Assembly (NCBI GenBank): GCA_963816395.1
Contig: CAWFKQ010000009.1
Location: 128,001-192,000 of the forward strand
DNA: 64,000 nucleotides
Source of the DNA: an uncultured delta proteobacterium
GTDB lineage: Bacteria; Desulfobacterota; Desulfuromonadia; Desulfuromonadales; JACZKF01
Direction of reading: 5' to 3'
In this document: one piece after another, positions 1 through 11,075 of the stretch
Numbering within the stretch: position 1 is the stretch's first letter
How the letters are laid out: each line of letters begins with the position of its first letter
Notes under the pieces: generated by a model
Databases searched by the model: none
What the model saw: only the letters and a program-made list of their open reading frames with translations
Told to the model about the DNA's origin: nothing
Translations under genes and position numbers: made by a program

Positions 1-238
1 AGAACTGGAACCTCTCCAAATACCAGGTGACCCGTCGCGACCTGAAGGCCCGGACGCAAGCTCACCTTTAATGCCGAGGGGGCACTGCTGCGACTACCAG
101 ATTCTCTCTCCCTCGGGCGATGCCGTTTTCGACGATTCGGTGCGCACGGCGATCCTCAAGGCGAAACAGCTGCCCTTCCGACCCGAGCGCCGCCTGGAAA
201 TCGATGTCGAATTCAACCTCAAGGATCTTTTGGAATAA
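1..238 (+). CDS. tolA: TolA/TonB C-terminal domain (5'-truncated by window edge, apparent indels)
   Basis: Manual translation ...DYQILSPSGDAVFDDSVRTAILKAKQLPFRPERRLEIDVEFNLKDLLE* has the TonB_2-type SG..FD.SV..AI pattern; lies directly upstream of tolB-pal-cpoB. Confidence 0.7.
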   Translation, partial: ELEPLQIPGDPSRPEGPDASSPLMPRGHCCDYQILSPSGDAVFDDSVRTAILKAKQLPFRPERRLEIDVEFNLKDLLE

Positions 239-242
239 CCCA

Positions 243-1533
243 ATGACCCGATTTTTACCCGTTTTCCTCACTGCTCTGCTGCTGGCGACCCCCGCCTTCG
301 CGCAGATCGAGGTTCGTGCACCCGGACAGCAGACGATCCCCCTGGCGGTCGTTTCCTTCCTGCCGCAGGAGCCGGGGGCGTCGCCGGCGGTAGCCCGGGA
401 GATCGGCGAGGTGCTGACCGCCGATCTCGGGTTTTCCGGACTTTTTTCCCTGGTCGATCCGGCCTCTTTCCTCTCCGATGCGCACCAGCCAGGACTGACC
501 AGTGCCGACGTCGATTTCGGTCAGTGGCGCCTGCTCGGCGCCGAGGCGGTGATCAAGGGGACCTATTCGGTCCGGGGAGAGGATCTGGTGCTCGAAGCAC
601 GGCTCTTCGACACCATTGGTCGGCGCCTGCTCGCCGGCCGGCGGTATCTCGGCAAGGTCAAGGATGTCCGGCGCATGGCGCATACCTTCGCCGATCAGGT
701 CCTGAAGGGACTGACCGGCGAGGAAGGACCGTTCAACAGCCGCATCGCCTATATCTGCAACAAAACCGGGCATAAGGAGCTTTACCTGATGGATGTGGAC
801 GGGAAAAATCCCATCCGCATAACCGATCATCGCTCCATTGTTCTTAATCCCGATTTCTCCCCGGTTGGTAAGGAATTGATCTTCACTTCCTACCGAGCCG
901 GTAACCCCGACCTGTACCGCAAGGAAATCTATTCGGGCCAGGAGGCCCGGGTATCGTCCCGGCCGGGACTGAACATCGCCGGCCGCTACCGCCCGGACGG
1001 TCGGGAAATTGTCCTCACGCTGTCGCAGGCAGGCAATTCGGAGCTGTAACCTGATCGGTACCGACGGCCTGATGCACAAGCGCCTGACCGACAACTGGGG
1101 AATCGACGTCGATGCCAGCTGGAGCCCGAAAGGGGACGAGATCGCCTTTGTTTCCGACCGCCAGGGCAATCCACACATCTTTATCATCGACGTCATCAGC
1201 GGTGCCGTCCGCCGGCTCACCGACTCGGGCAAATACAACTCCACCCCTGCCTGGAGCCCGAAGGGCGACCGCATCGCCTTCAGCCGCTTGGAGGGCGGGC
1301 AGTTCGACATCTATACCATCCGCCCGGACGGTAGTGACGAGCGGCGCCTGAGCTTCGGTCCAGGCAGCAAGGAGCACCCGCGCTGGAGCCCCGACGGCCG
1401 CTTTCTCGTCTACTCCCTGGACTTGGGCGGCGCCAAGGCGATCTATCAGATGCGTGCCGACGGAACCGGCGCGCGACGAATTTCCCCGCCGGGTGGCGAC
1501 TGTACCCATCCCGCCTGGTCAGGCCGGTGGTAA
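243..1533 (+). CDS. tolB: Tol-Pal system beta-propeller protein TolB (frameshift near 1045)
   Basis: Signal peptide MTRFLPVFL, TolB N-domain, repeated WSPxG/FSPxG PD40 motifs across ORFs 120..1049 and 1009..1533; one extra base in gagctgtaacctg. Confidence 0.93.
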
Positions 1534-1614
1534 ATCGTTTGTTTTTTGGCTCCATTCTTGTATAATCGGTCTTATTTTGCCGAGAATTAATCCCGAACGA
1601 AGGAGCGGAAACCC

Positions 1615-2175
1615 ATGAAAAAACTGAACATGCTGCGCTTGGTCCTGCTGTTTTCCCTGGCCGCCCTACTGGCGATGGGATGTGCGAAGAAACCGGCACC
1701 AGAGGCGGCTGCGGCCGGCGAAGCGCCGGTCGTGTCGGAAACTCCCGCTCAGCAGGAACCGCAAGGAGTGCAGGAGCAGGCGGTTACCGAAGCGCCGGTT
1801 ACCGAGCAGGGCGCGGCCATGCAGGCTCAGGCACCTGCCGCGGCAGCCGAACTGCAGCCCATCCTCTTCGATTTCGACCAGTACACCCTGACCCCCCAGG
1901 CCCAGCAGACCCTGGCGGATAACGCCGCCTATCTGAAGGCCCACCCCCAGGAAAGCATCCTCATCGAAGGGCACTGCGACGAGCGCGGTTCTGACGAATA
2001 CAACCTTGCCCTGGGCGAAAGACGGGCCCGGGCGGGGCGCGATTATCTGATTTCTCTGGGCATTGCCGGCAATCGGCTGTCCACCATCTCCTACGGGGAG
2101 GAGAAGCCCCTCGATCCGGACCATACCGAGGCGGCCTGGGCCAAGAACCGGCGGGACGAATTCAAGGTCCGCTGA
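1615..2175 (+). CDS. pal: Peptidoglycan-associated lipoprotein Pal
   Basis: Lipobox LAMGC; OmpA-like IEGHCDERGSDEYNLALGERRA...NRR. Confidence 0.96.
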   Translation: MKKLNMLRLVLLFSLAALLAMGCAKKPAPEAAAAGEAPVVSETPAQQEPQGVQEQAVTEAPVTEQGAAMQAQAPAAAAELQPILFDFDQYTLTPQAQQTLADNAAYLKAHPQESILIEGHCDERGSDEYNLALGERRARAGRDYLISLGIAGNRLSTISYGEEKPLDPDHTEAAWAKNRRDEFKVR

Positions 2176-2236
2176 TCCGTACGGTAAACGAGGCCGCACT
2201 TGCTGCGGCCTCGTGCCTTTCAGGGAGGAACAAGCC

Positions 2237-3049
2237 ATGAGCATGTGGTTGAAGGGGCTGTCGATCCTGCTCCTGAGCGCGGTGCTGGCCGCCTGTATTC
2301 CCACCCAGCAGCAGCTGGCGATGGAGCGGGACATGGCAGTGATGAAGCGGCGACTGGCCGATATCGAGCGCAGCACCGCGACCATGCGTCAGGACCGCAC
2401 CGGGGAAGTGAAGGAGCGGCTGGACGCCCTTGGCCGCAGCCTGGCCGATCAGCAGGCGGCCCTCGATGCCCTGCGGGTGGATCTGCAGGCGGTAAATGGA
2501 AAGATTGAGGACCAGGCGCACGAACGAGCCGGGATGCGGGATGAATTTGCCTTAGCGCGGGACGATCTGGCGCTGAAGATCACCGCCTTGGAAGATCGTA
2601 TGGCCAAGTTGGAGGCCGCCCGCTCCGCCCCTCCCCCGGCCCCGGCCTCTCCGGCGGCCGAGTCGCCGGATAGCCAGTATGAACAGGGGGTGGCCTTGAT
2701 TCAGCAGAAGGGGGAGTACGCCAAGGGGCGTGAGCAGCTGCAGGGATTTCTCAACAGCAACCCCAAAAGCCCCCTGGCGGTGAATGCGATGTACTGGATC
2801 GGCGAGTCCTACTATGGAGAGAAAAAGTATGAGAACGCCATTCTCCAGTTCCAGGATGTGATCCAGAAATACGGCGACCATCCCAAGGTCGCCGCTGCGC
2901 TGCTCAAGCAGGGCTACGCCTTCGCCGTACTGGGGGACAAGAAGAACGCCAAAGTGATCCTGCAGCGCCTCATCGATACCTTTCCCCTCTCCGAAGAGGC
3001 GAAGAAGGCCAATGAACGTTTGGCGGAATGGAGCAAAGGAAAATCCTGA
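2237..3049 (+). CDS. cpoB: Tol-Pal protein YbgF/CpoB (lipoprotein, coiled coil + TPR)
   Basis: Lipobox LAAC, coiled coil, NAMYWIGESYY TPR; follows pal; RBS ggagg upstream. Confidence 0.9.
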   Translation: MSMWLKGLSILLLSAVLAACIPTQQQLAMERDMAVMKRRLADIERSTATMRQDRTGEVKERLDALGRSLADQQAALDALRVDLQAVNGKIEDQAHERAGMRDEFALARDDLALKITALEDRMAKLEAARSAPPPAPASPAAESPDSQYEQGVALIQQKGEYAKGREQLQGFLNSNPKSPLAVNAMYWIGESYYGEKKYENAILQFQDVIQKYGDHPKVAAALLKQGYAFAVLGDKKNAKVILQRLIDTFPLSEEAKKANERLAEWSKGKS

Positions 3050-3071
3050 GGGAACAGAGCGCACCTTGACC

Positions 3072-3097
3072 AGGGCGGCCATTGGCCGCCCTTTTTT
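3072..3097 (+). terminator. Intrinsic terminator after tol-pal operon
   Basis: agggcggcc-att-ggccgccct followed by a T run. Confidence 0.8.
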
Positions 3098-3103
3098 ATG
3101 CGC

Positions 3104-4833
3104 TCAGTTGCGGTCGAGCCGGCGGAAGGCGGCGAGTACGTCATTCTGGCTGAGAATGCCGAGCAGGCGGCCGGGATTCTCCTGATCGACCACCGGGAAA
3201 AAACTGAGATTGCGGTGCAGTTGGAGGACTTTTAAGGCTTCCCGTAGCGGCATCTCCGGGTAAAGCGCCTGCGGCCGGGGGGAGAGCAGGTCGCCGGCGA
3301 CCACTAGATGGACCAGGGAGGGCTCGAAAAGAAGGGTACGAATTTCGGTATAATCGATCATCCCGATGAAGTGTCCGGCAGCGTCCACCACCGGGAAGCG
3401 GTCGTAGCGGCTGTGCGCAATAAGGCGCAGCAGTTCATTGAAGGGTGTACTGTTGAGAATGGTCTCCACGTTTCGCCGCATCACGTGCTTGACCAGGATA
3501 TCTCCCGGATCTCGGAGCTGATGACCGGCGGGAATGCCCAGAGAGGTGCGGAAGTGCTGAACGACATCATGCAGCCCCTCCAACGTCCCCTGCGGAGCTC
3601 TTTTCCGCAGGAGAGAAAGAATCGGGACTTCCCCCGCCCGAACCAGCCCGTGCCGAACCGCCAGAGGTCCGATCAGCTCAAAGAAAATCACCGAGCCGAG
3701 AATCACCGTCTCGACCAGATGCCCTCCGGAAGGCCATTGGCGGGCGAGGGTGGAGGTCAGGCCGATGGCTACGCCGGCCTGGGCAAGCAAAGTCATCCCG
3801 GTGACCGCCCGCTGGCGCTCGCCGAAATGGCCGAGGCGCGCTCCGAGCCGGGCGCCCCAGAGTTTACCGGCGGTTCGGGCGATGACATAAACCATGCCGA
3901 TCACCCCGATATGCCGGAGGGTCTGCAGATGAAGGTTGGCGCCGGCAAGAATGAAGAAGGCCACATACAAGGGGTAGTCCACCTGCCGCAGCGATTCGAC
4001 CAGCCGGTGCCAGCGGGGGGAGCTGTTGGCCAGGGAGATGCCCAGGAAAAGGTTGGCCAGCATGGGATCGGTCGCTGTCCCATGGGCGATGCCGGTGACC
4101 GCGGCCACGCCGCCGAGGAGCAGGATCTTATACTCACTGGATAGCTCCAGGCGCTGCGCCCAGAAAGAGAGGCCCAGTCCGGACAAGGTACCCAGCAGTG
4201 GAGGGAAGACGATGCGGAGGAGAAGAGTTGTCCAGCCCCTCAGCGGGAAGTATGAGGAAATGGGCGGCGATGGTAAAGCCGAGAATGGAAAGCAGGTTAT
4301 TGATGCCGACCAGAGTCAGCACCGTTGCCGTCACCGGTCCCTCCGCTTCATATTCCCGGATGACCATCAGGGTAGCGGCGGGAGCCGTGGCGATGGCAAT
4401 GATGCCGAGGAAAAGGGCGAAATAGGCCGAGCTCGCCTGGAGGGAAAAACCCGGAACCAGCCGGTGGAGAAAGAGGAAATTGATGGCAAAGGTCAGGACG
4501 GCTACGGCGCCGAAGGTGCCGCCGATTTCGGCCAGGGAGAACAGGGCGATGCGGTGCTTCCAGCGGCGCAGGTTCTCGACCTGAAAGAGACCGCCGATGT
4601 TCATCAGGATCAGGGCCAGGGCGAGTTCAGACAGCAGGCTCAGCTGCGATAAGGCGGCCGGGGGCAGCAATGGCGGGGATTTCCAGGATTTCAGCCAGGG
4701 AAGGTCCCGCCAGCAGGCCAACCAGCAGATAGCCGGTGACCCGCGGAAGGCGGAGCAGAGAGGCCAGTCCCCCACCCACCAGGCCACCGAGAAAGAGGAC
4801 GGCGAGAGCCTGCATAACAGCGCTGGAAGGCAT
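3104..4833 (-). CDS. CPA2-type cation:proton antiporter with C-terminal CBS pair (frameshifted)
   Basis: Pieces in three ORFs: RLPRVTGYLLVG, IATAPAAT..VIRE, QAGVAIGL, then CBS motifs (RFPVVD, FFPVVD..LLGILS). Confidence 0.85.
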
Positions 4834-4951
4834 GAAGATAATGCGCCTTTTCTTTGAGACGGGTTTTCATTAGAATAACATACGAACGAGGGAGAGCAAC
4901 GACAAACCGTCTCGCATCCCCGCCGCAGGCCCGGAAAATAAGCAGGTGCGC

Positions 4952-6647
4952 ATGGCAGGTCTGAGTCCCACGGAGATAACCGCTTTTTTGCTGGCCATCG
5001 GCATCCTCCTGTTGTCGGCGAGGGTTCTCGGCGAGTTGTCCCGGCGTCTCCACCAGCCTTCTGTTTTGGGGGAAATCCTGGCCGGAATACTCCTCGGCCC
5101 GACGGTTCTCGGCTCCCTGGCTCCAAAGGTCACCGCTTTCCTTTTTCCCCAGAGCGGCGGCGGCGCCATGGCCCTGGACGGCCTGACCACCCTGGCGATC
5201 GTGCTTTTTCTCCTGGTGGCGGGAATCGAAGTGGATCTCTCCACCGTCTGGCGCATGGGGAAGATGGCCCTTTACGTCGCACTGCCGGGGATGCTGCTGC
5301 CCTTCGCCCTGGGACTCGGAGCTGGATGGCTCCAGCCGGAAGCCCTCGGCTATCGCCCCGGGGTCGACCGGACGGCCTTTCTTCTGTTCATGGCGACCGT
5401 TCTCTCCATCTCGGCGCTGCCGATCATCGCCAAGATCCTGCTGGATCTGAAAATTTACCGCAGCGACCTGGGTATCACCCTGATTGCGGCGGCGGTGGTC
5501 AACGACCTGTTGGGCTGGATGATCTTTGCCGTGGTCCTCGGCACCACCGGTGCCGGCCACGGAGGGCTGCCGGTGGCCCATACCCTGTGGGTTACCGCCG
5601 TTTTCGCGGCAGCCATGCTGACCGTGGTGCCCTGGGCGATCCACCGGGTGCTCCCCTGGGTTCAGGCCTATGCCAGCTGGCCGGCTGGAGTACTCGGCTT
5701 CGCTTTCTCGTTCTCCCTGGTGGTGGCCGGGTTTACCGAATGGCTGGGAATCCATGCGATCTTCGGCTCCTTTCTGGCGGGGGTGGCCCTGGGCCATTCC
5801 ACCCACCTGAAGGAGCAGACCCGCACCACTCTCGACCAGTTCATCTCCTTCTTCTTTGCCCCGCTCTTCTTCGCCGGAATCGGTCTCAAGACCGATTTCG
5901 CGGCGAATTTTGACCTTTCCCTGACGGCCACTCTCCTTGCTGCTGGCGCTCACCGGCAAGATCCTGGGAAGCGCCTTGGGCGGCCGCTGGGGGGGGCTTT
6001 CCTGGCGTGAGGCCTGGGGAGCGGGTTTCGGCATGAGCGCCCAGGGAACGATGGGAATCATTCTCGGGGTTCTGGCACTGAAGATCGGCTGGATCCAGCA
6101 GGATGTCTTTGTCGCGCTGGTGTTGACGGGAATGATGACCTCCCTGCTCAGCGGGCCGATGCTGCAGAAGCTGCTCCGTCTGAAGAAGCCCAGGCATTTC
6201 GAGGATTTTCTGGTGCCCCAGGCTTATCTTCAGCCGCTGCAGGCCATTTCTCGGGAAGCGGCCATCCGGGAGCTGTCCCAGGCGGTCGCCGCCGCGGCCA
6301 GTCTGGAGGGGCCGGAGGTGGAGGCGGCGGTGCTGGCGCGGGAGCAGGTCATGCCTACCGGCCTCGGCGGCGGGCTGGCGGTTCCCCACGCGCGGCTGCC
6401 AGCGCTGAAGAAACCGTTGGTCGGCATCGGACTTTCTCCGGCCGGTATCGATTTCGATGCACCCGACGGCCTTCCGGCCCGGCTGATTTGTCTCATTCTG
6501 ACCCCGGCGCACGATAATGGCGCGCAAATCGAGATTCTTGCCGACCTGGCCGCCGTCTTCCGCAAAAAGGAGGTAGGGGAAAAGCTTCCCTTGCTGACCG
6601 GCCTGACCGAGTTTCTGGCCCTGATACGCAGCGAGCGGGGAGGATGA
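4952..6647 (+). CDS. CPA2 cation:proton antiporter fused to PTS EIIA (PtsN-like) domain (frameshift near 5940)
   Basis: QPSVLGEILAGILLGP, SISALPIIAKIL, VNDLLGW; C-terminal AREQVMPTGLGGGLAVPHARL..IDFDAPDG EIIA motif with the phospho-His. Confidence 0.87.
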
Positions 6648-6716
6648 CGACCAGTAGCAGTCTCCCTTGACATGGGGGCGAAATATTCGACCCTGATAGG
6701 ACGAAGTTTTTTCTGT

Positions 6717-6746
6717 TTGACAGAAAAGGGGCAAACTTATTAACCT
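6717..6746 (+). promoter_or_regulatory. Putative sigma70 promoter for cmoA operon
   Basis: TTGACA (6717-6722), 18-nt spacer, TAACCT (6741-6746). Confidence 0.5.
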
Positions 6747-6798
6747 TCTGATTCTTGCCGTTAAACGAGCCAACTGAGGAATCTCAATAGAGGTGAAT

Positions 6799-7530
6799 AT
6801 GTCAAGAGACGAAGTTTTCAAGCAGGCAGTGTCGGTCGCCGAAGATTTTCGGTTTGGTGAGAAGGTCGCCTCGGTGTTCGATGACATGCTGTCGCGATCG
6901 GTGCCGTTTTACCCGGAGATGCAACGCATGATCGGCGAGATGGCCGCTGATTTCGCCGCTCCTGGCAGCCGGGTTTATGATCTCGGTTGTTCGACCGGCA
7001 CCACCCTGATCCACTTGGATCAAGTTTTGGGGGAACGGGAAATCACCCTGGTCGGTGTTGATAATTCAGAAGAAATGTTGGACAAATGCAGACAAAAAAT
7101 GGCTGAGCACCGTTTTTCCAATAAGGTAGAGCTTACCTGTGCGGACCTGAATCAGGGTATTTACCTGGAAGACGCGTCAATGGCATTTCTGGTCCTGACG
7201 CTGCAATTCATCCGCCCCCTCAACAGGGACAAGCTGATCAGGGGGATTTATGACGGCCTCCGGGAAAATGGGGCGCTGATTCTGGTGGAAAAGGTGTTAG
7301 GCGAGGATTCTTTATTTAATCGATCCTTCATAAAATATTATTACGAATTCAAGAAGAGAAACGGCTACTCGGAAATGGAAATTTCGCAGAAACGAGAGGC
7401 TCTGGAGAATGTGCTTATACCCTACCGGTTGGAGGAAAACCGGGAGATGCTGGAGCGTGCCGGTTTCCATTGCGTGGACGTTTTCTTCAAGTGGTACAAC
7501 TTTTCCGGAATTGTGGCGGTGAAGAGATGA
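6799..7530 (+). CDS. cmoA: Carboxy-S-adenosyl-L-methionine synthase CmoA
   Basis: DF.F.EKVASVFDDMLSRSVPFY, YDLGCSTG, LTLQF, EK, GYSEMEISQKREALENVL retaining the CmoA-diagnostic Arg. Confidence 0.92.
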   Translation: MSRDEVFKQAVSVAEDFRFGEKVASVFDDMLSRSVPFYPEMQRMIGEMAADFAAPGSRVYDLGCSTGTTLIHLDQVLGEREITLVGVDNSEEMLDKCRQKMAEHRFSNKVELTCADLNQGIYLEDASMAFLVLTLQFIRPLNRDKLIRGIYDGLRENGALILVEKVLGEDSLFNRSFIKYYYEFKKRNGYSEMEISQKREALENVLIPYRLEENREMLERAGFHCVDVFFKWYNFSGIVAVKR

Positions 7531-8249
7531 TTCAGTTGGGAAACTTTTTTTTTCGTTACAGGAACCTGGTATTTCCCTTTGTTTTCGCGCTGATGGTCTT
7601 TGGCGAGTGGCTTCCTCTGGTGGAAAAAGGGCAGGTGCAGACCTGGATGCTGATTTCAGGTTTCCTAATCAGCCTGCTTGGGCAACTAATCCGTGCCCTG
7701 ACAATCGGACTTGACTATATCCGACGAGGCGGGAAGAAAAAGGCAGTCTATGCCGAAAACCTGGTTCGGTCGGGTATTTTCGCCCATTGCCGCAACCCGC
7801 TCTATCTCGGCAACATGATGATGATCGCCGGGCTGGGGATCATGTCGAACTCACTGCTTTTCTTCGTCATAGGGGTGCCGTTTTTCATCATTGCCTACTG
7901 GTCGATCATTATGGCCGAAGAGCATTTCCTTCGCGGCAAATTCGGTGCGGAATACACCCGCTACTGCAGTGAGGTACCCCGACTTTTCCCCCGCCTGGCG
8001 GGACTGGGCAAGACGGTCACCGGCATGCGGTTTCACTGGAAGCGTCTCATCCATAAGGAATATCAGACCTTCTATATCTGGGGTGCAGGGGCCGCCCTTT
8101 TTCTGATTCTCGATCAACTTGCCCATCGCGAGTTTTCGATCGGAGCAACGCCTTTTTTGCATATCCTCTATGCAGGTGTTGCCGGATGGACCGTTCTTTT
8201 CCTCACGGCATGGGTCCTGAAGAAGCGAAGAATACTGCGCCCCGATTGA
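7527..8249 (+). CDS. ICMT/PEMT-family integral membrane methyltransferase (LmtA-like)
   Basis: GNFFFRYR N-terminus, GIFAHCRNPLYLGN, AEEHFLRGKFG.EY..Y...VPR, C-terminal KEY; ATGA overlap with cmoA. Confidence 0.85.
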   Translation: MIQLGNFFFRYRNLVFPFVFALMVFGEWLPLVEKGQVQTWMLISGFLISLLGQLIRALTIGLDYIRRGGKKKAVYAENLVRSGIFAHCRNPLYLGNMMMIAGLGIMSNSLLFFVIGVPFFIIAYWSIIMAEEHFLRGKFGAEYTRYCSEVPRLFPRLAGLGKTVTGMRFHWKRLIHKEYQTFYIWGAGAALFLILDQLAHREFSIGATPFLHILYAGVAGWTVLFLTAWVLKKRRILRPD

Positions 8250-8345
8250 GTCCTCCCGCAAGCTGAGTCCGCGAGGAAAGCGAGCGCAAAGACACAGATG
8301 CCAGGGATCCATGCGGGGGCACTGCTGACTGAATCGCCCCTGGAT

Positions 8346-9875
8346 CTAGAATACCTTCCGGTCAAGGCCCCGGTACTGAATCGCCTCGGCCAGATGCGCT
8401 TGGCGGATCTGCTCCTCCCCGGCCAGGTCGGCGATGGTCCGGGCCACCTTGAGGATGCGGGTGTAGGTGCGGGCGGAGAGGCCGAGGCGGTCGGTGACCG
8501 CTTCGAGCAGCGCCTGCCCTTCGGCCTCGACAGAGCAGAATTTGCGGATGTGGCGGGTCTGCATGCGGGCGTTGGCGTGGATGCCGAAGCGCGCCAGGCG
8601 CTGGCGCTGGATCTCCCGGGCGCGGCCGACCCGCTCGCGGATAGCGGCAGATGGTTCGGCTTCGCGCGGATCGGCCAGTTCCCGGTGCGGCACCCGCGGC
8701 ACTTCCACGTGCAGGTCGATGCGGTCGAGCAGCGGTCCGGAGAGGCGGGTGCGGTAGCGCTGCAGCAGCGGCGGGGTGCAGGTGCAGGCGTGCTGGACAT
8801 CGCCCAGGTAGCCGCAGGGGCAGGGGTTCATCGCCGCCACCAGCATGAAGGAAGCGGGATAGGTCAGGCTGGTGGCGGCCCGGCTGATGGTCACCTGACC
8901 GTCTTCCAGCGGCTGGCGCAGCATCTCCAGCACGTTCTTTTTGAATTCCGGCAGTTCGTCCAGGAAGAGCACGCCATTATGGGCCAGGGAAACTTCCCCC
9001 GGCCGGGGAACGGCACCACCGCCGATCAGGCCGGCATCCGATACGGTATGGTGAGGGGAGCGAAAAGGCGGTACTGCGATCAGTGCCTGCTGACGGGGGA
9101 GGAGGCCGACGACGGAGTGCAGCTTGGTCGTTTCCAGTGCCTCCTCGAAGCTCTGCGCCGGGAGGATGGTGGGCAGCCGCCGCGCCAGCATTGTTTTGCC
9201 GCTGCCGGGCGGGCCAATAAGTAGGACATTGTGCGCTCCGGCCGCCGCCACTTCCAGTGCCCGCTTGACGTGCTCCTGACCGCGCACCTCGGCGAAATCC
9301 TCGCCGTGCACCGCCGCCGCGCGAAACAGCGCACAGGGGTCGACTTCACACGGTTCAAGCTGCCGCTCGCCATTGAGGAAGGCGACCACCTCACCCAGGT
9401 CGCGAACTCCATAAGTCGGCAGGCCTTCGACGATTGCTCCTTCCCGGGCGTTCTCTTCCGGCAGCAGCAGACCGGCCACCCCCCAGTCGCGGGCGGCCAT
9501 GGCAATCGGCAGCGAACCGCGAACCGGCTTGATCCGTCCATCTAAGGAGAGTTCCCCCATCAGTACATACGGACCGCGGTGCACCGGGCGCACCGCCCCG
9601 GTAGCGGTAAGCAGTCCAATTGCCATCGGCAGATCGAAGGCCGCCCCGTCCTTGCGGACGTCGGCCGGCGCCAAGTTGATGGTGATGCGGCGGGCCGGGA
9701 ATTCGTAGCCTGAGTTCTTGATCGCCGACTTGATGCGGTCCTTGGCCTCCTTCACCGCCCCTTCCGGCAGCCCGACGGTGGCGAACTGGGGCAACCCCTG
9801 GGCGATGTCGACTTCCACCTCGACCGGGTAGGCGTCGATGCCGATCAGTGCCCCCGACAGTACCTTGGCCAGCAT
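8346..9875 (-). CDS. comM: YifB/ComM Mg-chelatase-like AAA+ ATPase
   Basis: ITINLAPAD, Walker [32 protein letters not shown]. Confidence 0.93.
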   Translation of the reverse strand: MLAKVLSGALIGIDAYPVEVEVDIAQGLPQFATVGLPEGAVKEAKDRIKSAIKNSGYEFPARRITINLAPADVRKDGAAFDLPMAIGLLTATGAVRPVHRGPYVLMGELSLDGRIKPVRGSLPIAMAARDWGVAGLLLPEENAREGAIVEGLPTYGVRDLGEVVAFLNGERQLEPCEVDPCALFRAAAVHGEDFAEVRGQEHVKRALEVAAAGAHNVLLIGPPGSGKTMLARRLPTILPAQSFEEALETTKLHSVVGLLPRQQALIAVPPFRSPHHTVSDAGLIGGGAVPRPGEVSLAHNGVLFLDELPEFKKNVLEMLRQPLEDGQVTISRAATSLTYPASFMLVAAMNPCPCGYLGDVQHACTCTPPLLQRYRTRLSGPLLDRIDLHVEVPRVPHRELADPREAEPSAAIRERVGRAREIQRQRLARFGIHANARMQTRHIRKFCSVEAEGQALLEAVTDRLGLSARTYTRILKVARTIADLAGEEQIRQAHLAEAIQYRGLDRKVF

Positions 9876-9991
9876 GATCCCCCTCCTGAAAAAACCTTCG
9901 TTAAAGTCTCTCAGAGATAACAGAAAAGCCCCGGAAGGGCAAGCTTTTGGCTCTTCCACCGGGGCTTCTGGCATAAATGTCGCTGCAACTG

Positions 9992-10918
9992 CTAGAGCTC
10001 GTCCAGGTATTTCTCGGCCATAATGGCGGCTACTGCTCCGTCGCCGACGGCGGTGGCGATCTGCTTGAGGATTTTCTTGCGCACGTCGCCGGCGGCAAAG
10101 ACCCCCGGTATCGAGGTCCGACATTCGGCATCGGTGAGGACATATCCCTCGGCATCCAGCTTCAGCACTTCGGTCAGGAAATGCGCCTTGGGGGTGACAC
10201 CAATAGCGACGAATACCCCGTGGATCTCCAGGGTGCGCCGGTCGCCATTGCGTGTATCACGAAGTTCCACCGCCTTCAGGCCGCTGGCATCACCCTCCGC
10301 CCGCTCGACGGTGGCGTTCCACACGAGCTCGATCTTGGGGTTCTCGCGCAGTCTCTCCTGCAGGATGCGGGTGGCCCGCAGCTGATCGCGCCGGTGAATG
10401 AGATAGACCCGACTGGCGAAGCGGGTGAGAAAAAGAGCTTCCTCGGCGGCCGTATCGCCGCCGCCGACGATCGCCACCGGTACATTGCGGAAGAAGGCGC
10501 CGTCGCAGGTAGCGCAATAGGATACGCCGCGCCCGGTGAATTCCTGTTCGCCGGGCACCCCCAGCTTGCGCGGCTCGGCGCCGGTGGTGATGATCACCAC
10601 CCGCGTGCGCAGCTCTTTTCCTTCGCTCACAACCACCTTTTCCCGGCCGCAATCGATGAGCTTCTCCACTTCTCCATATTGGACTTGCAGGCCGAACTCC
10701 TGGCAGTGTTCCTGAAAGCGCACCATCAGATCGGGTCCGTCGATGCCGCCGGGGAAGCCCGGGTAATTCTCCACTTTGGTGGTGGTCATCACCTGGCCGC
10801 CCATGATCATCCGCTCGATCAGCAGCGTTTTGAGCTGGGCACGGGAGGTATAAAGACCGGCGGTAAGCCCGGCTGGGCCACCGCCGATAATGATCACGTC
10901 GTAATCAGTTTGGGACAT
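9992..10918 (-). CDS. trxB: Thioredoxin reductase
   Basis: [14 protein letters not shown] active site, GGGDTA, HRRD, FAAGDV. Confidence 0.97.
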   Translation of the reverse strand: MSQTDYDVIIIGGGPAGLTAGLYTSRAQLKTLLIERMIMGGQVMTTTKVENYPGFPGGIDGPDLMVRFQEHCQEFGLQVQYGEVEKLIDCGREKVVVSEGKELRTRVVIITTGAEPRKLGVPGEQEFTGRGVSYCATCDGAFFRNVPVAIVGGGDTAAEEALFLTRFASRVYLIHRRDQLRATRILQERLRENPKIELVWNATVERAEGDASGLKAVELRDTRNGDRRTLEIHGVFVAIGVTPKAHFLTEVLKLDAEGYVLTDAECRTSIPGVFAAGDVRKKILKQIATAVGDGAVAAIMAEKYLDEL

Positions 10919-11075
10919 CAGAAACTCCAGAAGTGGAATATTATGGAAGGGGAAATATAGCTTCATGCTCTGCGGTTTGCAACCCCCGCCGATGGTTTTC
11001 CGGAGAAGAGCCTTGACCGGGGGAAAAGCCTCTGTCTAGAATGACCTCACTTGATGCTGTGCAAGGACTTTTCCG

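Noticed and set aside
8250..8345. Possible GEMM-I (c-di-GMP/cGAMP) riboswitch suggested by tccgcgagga and gcaaag
   Set aside because: P1/P2 pairing and the conserved junction cannot be built, and it lies between convergent gene ends.
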